DNA of 64,000 nucleotides from a virus: IMG/VR virus record IMGVR_UViG_3300031418_000005, positions 160,001 to 224,000 of that record; one strand, 5' to 3'. Shown piece by piece: positions 57,557 to 64,000 of this stretch (position 1 is its first letter; each line of letters starts with the position of its first letter). The notes under the pieces were generated by a model. It saw only the letters and a program-made list of their open reading frames with translations, ran no database searches and was not told where the DNA came from. The position numbers and the translations under genes were made by a program.

Positions 57557-58453
57557 TTATGGCAATAATTCCAGGACGATACACCAGTTGATGTTGCTGG
57601 TTTTTACCGTGGTTGCCAGCAGTTCCGGATTACCAGAGTTTGCGGTAGCACAGTTATTCGCGTCAGCGAGATGTGGCCCACCACAATAATCGATTGTGGA
57701 ATAGTCGCTGAAACGCGGTTGGACTGTCGGGTCAGTCACCGAGTTACTATCCTGGCGTAAACGGGCAAAAGTCCCTTTCCATTCGCTGTCGTTGAAATCC
57801 GTCTGCGCCGTCAGATACTGCGTGGTCGACTTCTCTGTCATGCGAATAGGGCGTACCAGGAATTGATACCCGCCGATTTCAATCACCGTTTTCTGATTTA
57901 CCGCGCCTGCAGGCCCAGTAGGTAATTGCCCCACGCCGTCTTCCCCAAACAGAAACCCAGCATTATAGGCATTCTGGTAGTTGGAGTAGATAAGGCGGGT
58001 AGAGGGTGCAAACAACACTTTGCCTTTGTAGATAAATTTATGCCAGCGGTCGGCACTGGTGACGAAGTTCAGTCCTGTGGTACTTTTCAATGCCGCCTGA
58101 ATCTTGGCGACAACGTCAGCAGGCGACACCCAATCCGCGTTCATGATTTCGCCAAAGTACCCACGTACCCAATCGCCACGTAACACCGTCTTAGGCCCAG
58201 GCCCCAGGTTCGCGTAGTATCCAGCGGTCTGTTGTGCGGCAAAAGTCCGGTTGGTACCTTTAACCACCGCAACACGGTAGTAATAGGTGTTACCGTTTTT
58301 GACAGCGGTGTCTTCGTACGACCGGGCGGTTCCAGGCAAGGTGGCTATTGGCGTACCGGGATTGTTCTCGTCAATCGGACTGGTGCTGCGGTAGACTTCG
58401 ATGGCATCAAGCGCCTGGTCGGATTGGTCATCCCAGTTGATTTTAATTCCCAC
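57557..58453 (-). CDS. putative virion protein, FN3-like N-domain (module type C)
   Basis: W.D....IEVYRS...Y.D..V.....YYYR then GPG...GD...GYFGE..W.KF...GK. Confidence 0.65.
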   Translation of the reverse strand: MGIKINWDDQSDQALDAIEVYRSTSPIDENNPGTPIATLPGTARSYEDTAVKNGNTYYYRVAVVKGTNRTFAAQQTAGYYANLGPGPKTVLRGDWVRGYFGEIMNADWVSPADVVAKIQAALKSTTGLNFVTSADRWHKFIYKGKVLFAPSTRLIYSNYQNAYNAGFLFGEDGVGQLPTGPAGAVNQKTVIEIGGYQFLVRPIRMTEKSTTQYLTAQTDFNDSEWKGTFARLRQDSNSVTDPTVQPRFSDYSTIDYCGGPHLADANNCATANSGNPELLATTVKTSNINWCIVLELLP

Positions 58454-58464
58454 GAGTGCGCTCC

Positions 58465-59451
58465 TTATTTAGCTGTCTTCGGGAGAGTAAAGGTTTCACC
58501 GACGCGACCGACATACTCGACCACCGGCACCCAAGGTGAATTCACTGACTTGGCACGCGCATACAGACTCTGGAGATTTTCTCGGGAGTAGTTCGCGTTA
58601 TCGTAACCTGGCGAGGCGCGCACCAGCGTATTGGTGTTCAATGCTTCCTGGCACCACATACCGTACCCACTGCGATCGCTGTAACGGCCCGTTGGAATAA
58701 TGTTACGGGCATTGACGTAATCAACGGTGACTAAGCGTTGACGCAACGGTGCGATGTTTACCATCGGGTAAATGAAGTCTTCAAACTCCGAGTACACGCC
58801 TTGCGCTGCAGGCAGTGTGTTCAGATCGATAGTCGAACCATCCCACGTTAATCCATCCGGCATCCCTTTCATCAGCCTGACCAGGAATGTCTCCCCGTTC
58901 AGGTTAAAGGTGACCAACTGGTTCACCGTCCCAACTGGACTCCCACCCCCAACATCATCCGTCCCGTAAACCAGTCCAGCATTGTACAAATTCTGCCAGG
59001 TAGTATCACCAAAAGAAGCGGCCGGGACAAACACCACTTTCCCGTTACGGGTATACTTGTACCACGTCGGGTAAATAATCGCGCTTGGGATACCAGAAAC
59101 GACCTTTAATGCACTGTAAATGACAGAGCTGTTGATAAAGTCTGCAGCTGAAACCGTGCCGTAAAAGCCGTAGGATTCGTCACCAAATTGCAGCAAGTTA
59201 GAGCCTGGCCCACGACGGTCAGAGACTTCAATTTTCTGCGGACGAGAAACAACGCGGTCACTGTCAGAGTTCACGGCCCAGACGTAGTAGTACGTTTTAC
59301 CAAACAGGGCCGTGGTATCAATCCACGACGTCTCGGTACCGTCCACGGTTTTCAGCGGTGTGGTTAAGTCCACCTGGGCTGTATCGCCACGATAAATGTC
59401 AATTGTGGTGGCTACCGTGTTTGGGTTCTTCCAGAGAAGTTTAAGTGCCAT
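58465..59451 (-). CDS. putative virion protein, FN3-like N-domain (module type B)
   Basis: LKL.W.NPN.VAT...IYR, W.D, YYY, then the same GPG domain. Confidence 0.65.
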   Translation of the reverse strand: MALKLLWKNPNTVATTIDIYRGDTAQVDLTTPLKTVDGTETSWIDTTALFGKTYYYVWAVNSDSDRVVSRPQKIEVSDRRGPGSNLLQFGDESYGFYGTVSAADFINSSVIYSALKVVSGIPSAIIYPTWYKYTRNGKVVFVPAASFGDTTWQNLYNAGLVYGTDDVGGGSPVGTVNQLVTFNLNGETFLVRLMKGMPDGLTWDGSTIDLNTLPAAQGVYSEFEDFIYPMVNIAPLRQRLVTVDYVNARNIIPTGRYSDRSGYGMWCQEALNTNTLVRASPGYDNANYSRENLQSLYARAKSVNSPWVPVVEYVGRVGETFTLPKTAK

Positions 59452-59459
59452 GTTTTCAC

Positions 59460-60986
59460 CTATTGATTAAAACCAGTTAACTCGCCATTGGCATTGGCTA
59501 AGTCATAGGCCGTTGATGTTTTATAGTCAACGGTTAGTGTCGTGACAGGGCGGCGCAAGACGCGGTTCCATCCCGTCTGTTTAATGTTGCGCGGCGGTTC
59601 ACTCGCTACCGCGGTACGAACAGGGCGGAGTATTCGTGACCAGCCAAAGGTGTTGACAGGTTGCATCGGCTGGAGCGTCTGCGAAACCAGCGGTATACGT
59701 AATGCGCCCGCCTGCTCCCACTTCACATCACTTAATGTCAGTAATACCCCAGTCACTTCTGGACTGATACTGACCAACGGCCTCCGCAGCATCCCCGAAG
59801 GGTTCCCCACCAGATAGTCAAGGGGTAGCGCCACTTTATTGACATCGACCAGTTCCAGGAATGGACGCCAACCACCCAAGAAGGTGGTACGATCGTATTG
59901 GCCTTGGTTTAATCCCACCATGCTACTGCCGTACGCTAACCGAGTATCGCGAGCCGATGTAGTTTGGCACCAGAATCCGCTACCTTCGATGGTTTGTCCG
60001 TCCCACTCCCCCGTGGCAAAACCGCCAGAAGGCACTATCTTCGCAAACAGTCGTGCGATATCACCGCCAGGGTCAGGGGTTAAGTTGACCCCACCATATT
60101 CCCAGGGGTCGCTACCTGCGAGTTTCGGCATAGCAGGTGACAAGAACCATTCTCGACCGTTCTCGGTTTTTCGCATGATGCTTTTCTGACGCACTAACGT
60201 ACCGTCAGGAGGAAGCTGTTTGTTGTCGGGGGTGTCTGTCTCGTAGGCGGCACCCAACTTATACAACTCCAACCAGCGAATGTTTATCTGGTTATAACTG
60301 GCCAGATAAACAATCTTGCCGTCTCGGGCGAACTTATACCAGACACGGTTTGCGGGTAGGGCGTTCAGTGTACCGTACAGTTCAGTACGCCCCTGGTTAA
60401 GTTGGCTGTACACCTCCATAGGAGAGAACAGTTCCGCCTCGGGCACCACTCCGAAATAGCCCTCAGTCATATCGCCAATCAACATCACCTTCGAACCCGG
60501 ACCAGAATCTGGGAAGACACCGACCGGTTGACGTGACCAGGTAATCGGTAATGAACCTGTGTAAGCTAATGAGGTACTGGCGATGTTAAGGGTAAGCTGA
60601 TTCGGTGTGTAGCCATACGGGAGTTTGGTGGTAGCGTTGCTTAAATCCGACGCCGTTAACCCTAGCCCGTATTGCGCATTTAGCGCAGGTAATAAATCGG
60701 CATAGGTTTTTGATGACCCACTTGCCTGAAATACCACGGTAATCCCTTTGAACATCTGGCCGATATTGAGCCTGTCGTAGAAGAACTCTTTCTTCCCGGC
60801 AAATCCGTTACCCAGCCGTCCGTTTAGAATAATGCGGGCATTGCGCCCGCTTACTGTAGGATTCGCGGTATAGGGGCCGCCAAGCACCATGATGGTGTTG
60901 GCGTCAAGTGTCCCTGCAAGTGCAGGATTGTCCCGTTCGATTTGCCGACATAGCAACTCGAGGGACGTCTTGTTGTAAAGCCCCAT
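59460..60986 (-). CDS. putative virion protein (module type A)
   Basis: RN..I...F.G.K...Y.RL N-domain, PDSGPGSK..L.GDM.EGYFG domain, C-terminal NGELTGF. Confidence 0.65.
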   Translation of the reverse strand: MGLYNKTSLELLCRQIERDNPALAGTLDANTIMVLGGPYTANPTVSGRNARIILNGRLGNGFAGKKEFFYDRLNIGQMFKGITVVFQASGSSKTYADLLPALNAQYGLGLTASDLSNATTKLPYGYTPNQLTLNIASTSLAYTGSLPITWSRQPVGVFPDSGPGSKVMLIGDMTEGYFGVVPEAELFSPMEVYSQLNQGRTELYGTLNALPANRVWYKFARDGKIVYLASYNQINIRWLELYKLGAAYETDTPDNKQLPPDGTLVRQKSIMRKTENGREWFLSPAMPKLAGSDPWEYGGVNLTPDPGGDIARLFAKIVPSGGFATGEWDGQTIEGSGFWCQTTSARDTRLAYGSSMVGLNQGQYDRTTFLGGWRPFLELVDVNKVALPLDYLVGNPSGMLRRPLVSISPEVTGVLLTLSDVKWEQAGALRIPLVSQTLQPMQPVNTFGWSRILRPVRTAVASEPPRNIKQTGWNRVLRRPVTTLTVDYKTSTAYDLANANGELTGFNQ

Positions 60987-60996
60987 AACCCCTCCG

Positions 60997-61881
60997 TTAA
61001 GGCATGATAAGTTCTAACACCAGTGTTTGTGCAACCGCACTGCCGCTGTTATAAGCAGTCAGGGTTTCGGGACGTGTCCCCGTCACCCCAGCCACGTTAA
61101 CACTGGTTTGTAGATGCGGTCCCATGGCTGCAACAGTCGAACCGTCATCAAATAAACGTGTTCTACTGCCCACTGTGGTATCAATACCGTCCGCCACCAT
61201 TCGGGCAACTGTCTCACGCCATTCACCACCTAGTGTGTCGGCCTGGTTGACCAAGTATTGGTTCAGTGGAATGTTTGACATTCGCGGTAAGCGCACAATG
61301 TAGTTCAATCCACCAATACTTACCACCGTGCGCTGGTTCACAGTACCGGTAGGGCCGTTTGGCGACATACCTACATCATCGGTACCAAATACCAATCCCG
61401 CGCTATAGAGCTGGGACCAGGAAGCGGTAACGATTGATGCGTTCGGGTAAAAGAACACTTTGCCTTTATACACGAACTTGTACCAGTTGCTGGGCTCGCC
61501 GTTACCCGGCAAAGCGGCTAAGGCAGGAAGCTTGGCACGCAAGGCCGCATTGGTGATGAATTTAGAAGGCGGGACGAAATCCATTAATCCCGCGTTCCAA
61601 TCACCCCGTAGTACAAAATTGTTCCCCGGCCCGGTTTCAGCGAAATAACCACTGAGCATGTTGTCTGACCATGCACGGTCGCTTCCTTTCTTCACCGCAA
61701 TACGGTAATAGTACAACGATTTGTTTTTAACCGTATTGTCCTCGTAAGCCACGCTGTTGCCTGCCAAGGTCACCAGAGGTGTGCCGGGATTCTTACTGTC
61801 TATTTTGGTTGCACTACGATAGATTTCAATCCCATCGAGTGACTGGGACGACTGATCGTCCCACTGTAATTTAATCCCCAC
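60997..61881 (-). CDS. putative virion protein (module type C')
   Basis: Paralog of 57557-58453 (MGIK..WDDQS.Q.LD.IE.YRS). Confidence 0.65.
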   Translation of the reverse strand: MGIKLQWDDQSSQSLDGIEIYRSATKIDSKNPGTPLVTLAGNSVAYEDNTVKNKSLYYYRIAVKKGSDRAWSDNMLSGYFAETGPGNNFVLRGDWNAGLMDFVPPSKFITNAALRAKLPALAALPGNGEPSNWYKFVYKGKVFFYPNASIVTASWSQLYSAGLVFGTDDVGMSPNGPTGTVNQRTVVSIGGLNYIVRLPRMSNIPLNQYLVNQADTLGGEWRETVARMVADGIDTTVGSRTRLFDDGSTVAAMGPHLQTSVNVAGVTGTRPETLTAYNSGSAVAQTLVLELIMP

Positions 61882-61891
61882 GGGAATCTCC

Positions 61892-62932
61892 TCAGAGAGT
61901 TACGGTTTGTTCAACCAGTTCCAGTACCGGCACCCACATATTCGCTACGGCTGCTGCCCCGTAGTTAATGGCGGAGAGGTTGGCCTTGGTTGACGGACTA
62001 CCTTGGTTTGCGTTTAGGGTGATTGCACGCTGCCCACGGGTAAGTACGTTGCCGTTCGCTGCACGTTCTTGCACGCCGATACGGAACTGCGCCAACCACG
62101 AGTTGTACGTACCGTTATCATACGTCGATATCGGTGTCGCCAACCACTTATCGGGACTTTGGTTGTTGTAGTTTTCCGTACGCTGTTTCAGGGGAACAAA
62201 CTTACACAACGCGTAAAGGAAGTCGTTGTATTCATTCGGGACGGCTTCTGGCACAGTGTCGTGGTTACCGGTATTCGTGGTAACGTAGTTCGCCACATCG
62301 GTAATTGGACCATCGCTCCAGCCCCGCATCATCCGGATTTTATAACGTTGCCCCTGGAAGTCAAAGGTACGTAACTGGTTAACGGGTCCACTTAGGCCCA
62401 CGGTGGGATACCCAGTCGGCCCCGGTCCATCTACGCCATAAACGAACCCTGCATTATACAACGATGCGAAGGCAGCGCCCGTCGAGAAAAACTGATCCGG
62501 CACGTAGATGATTTTGTTGTTACGAATGAATTTATACCAGGTAGGTTGAATCACGGGGACGCTCAACCCAGACGTACTGGCAGCAGCGGCCATAATGACT
62601 GAGCTGTTAACGAAGTCCGCCGCGAGTACCTCACCGAAGTAACCGATACTGGCATCACCGTATTTCAGTACGCTGGGGCCAATACCGCGGTTATCTGCCA
62701 CCAGGATTTTCTGGCTGGCAGTGAACACCTCGTCGTTATCGGTCTTACTGCCGAGAACGTAATAGTACGTGTTACCGTCAACGGCCGACTCATCAATCCA
62801 ACTGGTTTCTCCGTTGGTCAGCTCTACTGACGGGGCGGGTAAACTTGAAGAATCAAAATCGGTATCTTTCCGATAAATACGCACTCGTGTTGCGACCAAG
62901 TTAGGGTTGGTCCATACAAGTTTTAAAGACAT
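61892..62932 (-). CDS. putative virion protein (module type B')
   Basis: Paralog of 58465-59451. Confidence 0.65.
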   Translation of the reverse strand: MSLKLVWTNPNLVATRVRIYRKDTDFDSSSLPAPSVELTNGETSWIDESAVDGNTYYYVLGSKTDNDEVFTASQKILVADNRGIGPSVLKYGDASIGYFGEVLAADFVNSSVIMAAAASTSGLSVPVIQPTWYKFIRNNKIIYVPDQFFSTGAAFASLYNAGFVYGVDGPGPTGYPTVGLSGPVNQLRTFDFQGQRYKIRMMRGWSDGPITDVANYVTTNTGNHDTVPEAVPNEYNDFLYALCKFVPLKQRTENYNNQSPDKWLATPISTYDNGTYNSWLAQFRIGVQERAANGNVLTRGQRAITLNANQGSPSTKANLSAINYGAAAVANMWVPVLELVEQTVTL

Positions 62933-62944
62933 AGCGATACCTTT

Positions 62945-64000
62945 TTAGAAACCGGACAATTCGCCGTTGGTCGTTGCCAAGTTGGTTCGGGTGGTAATCA
63001 CAACACTCACTATCGGTCGGATAGGTTTAAGCTGTCTGACGATTGCCACGTTTTGCATTGCCGTAAGTGGGATGGGGGTCAAAGGACGCAGGTAAGGTTT
63101 CTTTAGTAGACTGTAAAGACTACCGACCACATCAATGACACGCACCAACTGTTTCGGGTCAGGTGTTTTATCCACCCACAAACCCGGCGAACGTAATGGC
63201 GCTAAGCGGGTAGCTTTGACATTCTTCACCGGTACCAGATACAGCTTCCCGTCAACCAGGATGACCAATGGTCGCCAGTTATACGTATTGACGATCGGTT
63301 GTGGATTGACCGAAGTCAAGTTGAATTGCGCGATAACCGCCGAGTTACCACTGGACGCTGCGTAGCGGTTTAACCACCAGAACACTTCGGCCATGTTGAT
63401 AGTTGTCAGTTCATCCCACGCGCCAGTCCCGTAAGTCTGCTTATGGACTTTGTTGAACAGGCGTTCTTGATCTGAGGTTGCGTCACCGCGTGCCGGGGTT
63501 ACCACTTCGGTGGTGCTGATTCTCGGCAAACGTAACTGCGCAAACACCGCACTAGAATCTCCCGCCGTAAAGGCAACTGGAATCTTAGCATCAGCACGAC
63601 CTGCGCCGTTGTTTACGATATCGTTCCAGATTAACCCGGTACCGATGTTTTTACTGGGGAAGTAACAAATCTTACCATCCAAAGCAAACTTCATCCAGAA
63701 CATGTCATTGTCGGTTACACCCGTAGCCGACCCTAATGACTTCCCTTCGGCAAAACTTGCAAACAAATCCCCGCCCGAAATAAACTCTTGCTGAGTTACC
63801 ATCCCGAAGTACCCTTCGTTCATGTCACCCATTAGCATCGTTTTACTGCCTGGGCCCGAGTCCGGATAAATCCCGGTTGCTCCCCGTTGCCACATCAGGG
63901 TCAGCGACCCGGTGAAACAGGGACAGGTCGTGGCCATGGCCAGTGTAACGGAAACGGGCGTACGCCCTAACCCCAGCGCAGTGGTCGGGGCAGCCAGGTC
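62945..64000 (-). CDS. putative virion protein (module type A'), 5' end beyond the window
   Basis: PDSGPGSKTMLMGDMNEGYFG and C-terminal NGELSGF as in 59460-60986. Confidence 0.65.
   Translation of the reverse strand, partial: DLAAPTTALGLGRTPVSVTLAMATTCPCFTGSLTLMWQRGATGIYPDSGPGSKTMLMGDMNEGYFGMVTQQEFISGGDLFASFAEGKSLGSATGVTDNDMFWMKFALDGKICYFPSKNIGTGLIWNDIVNNGAGRADAKIPVAFTAGDSSAVFAQLRLPRISTTEVVTPARGDATSDQERLFNKVHKQTYGTGAWDELTTINMAEVFWWLNRYAASSGNSAVIAQFNLTSVNPQPIVNTYNWRPLVILVDGKLYLVPVKNVKATRLAPLRSPGLWVDKTPDPKQLVRVIDVVGSLYSLLKKPYLRPLTPIPLTAMQNVAIVRQLKPIRPIVSVVITTRTNLATTNGELSGF

Overview
The window reads as part of a phiKZ-like jumbo phage genome. An enterobacterial host is likely (SPN3US/Erwinia-jumbo type), but that is inferred from gene content and synteny only. 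1-31 kb is mostly minus-strand early/middle genes: a RecA/UvsX-like recombinase, long RNase H, DEDDh exonuclease, candidate spanin pair, secreted lytic transglycosylase, DarG-like macrodomain, GNAT, SbcC/Rad50 ATPase and many hypotheticals in paralog arrays. 31-48.7 kb is a virion module: central spike plus four paralogous tail-fibre/baseplate proteins. The standout is 48.7-54.1 kb, a hairpin-bounded seven-kb-scale operon-like unit (about 5.4 kb) embedded among tail genes. It holds three precursor-like peptides sharing a leader and a Cys-X-X-X repeat core, two radical SAM enzymes (one with a SPASM domain), two unknown genes and a DUF4376-like gene: a candidate phage-encoded RiPP or virion-protein modification system. 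54-64 kb has a GH108 endolysin with two unannotated cationic peptides, a DUF1353 gene and a duplicated three-gene structural module. Also notable is a small protein carrying 12 residues matching the EF-Tu N-terminal motif. No tRNA, rRNA, CRISPR array or mobile element was recognised. All family calls come from motif recognition by eye, not database searches.
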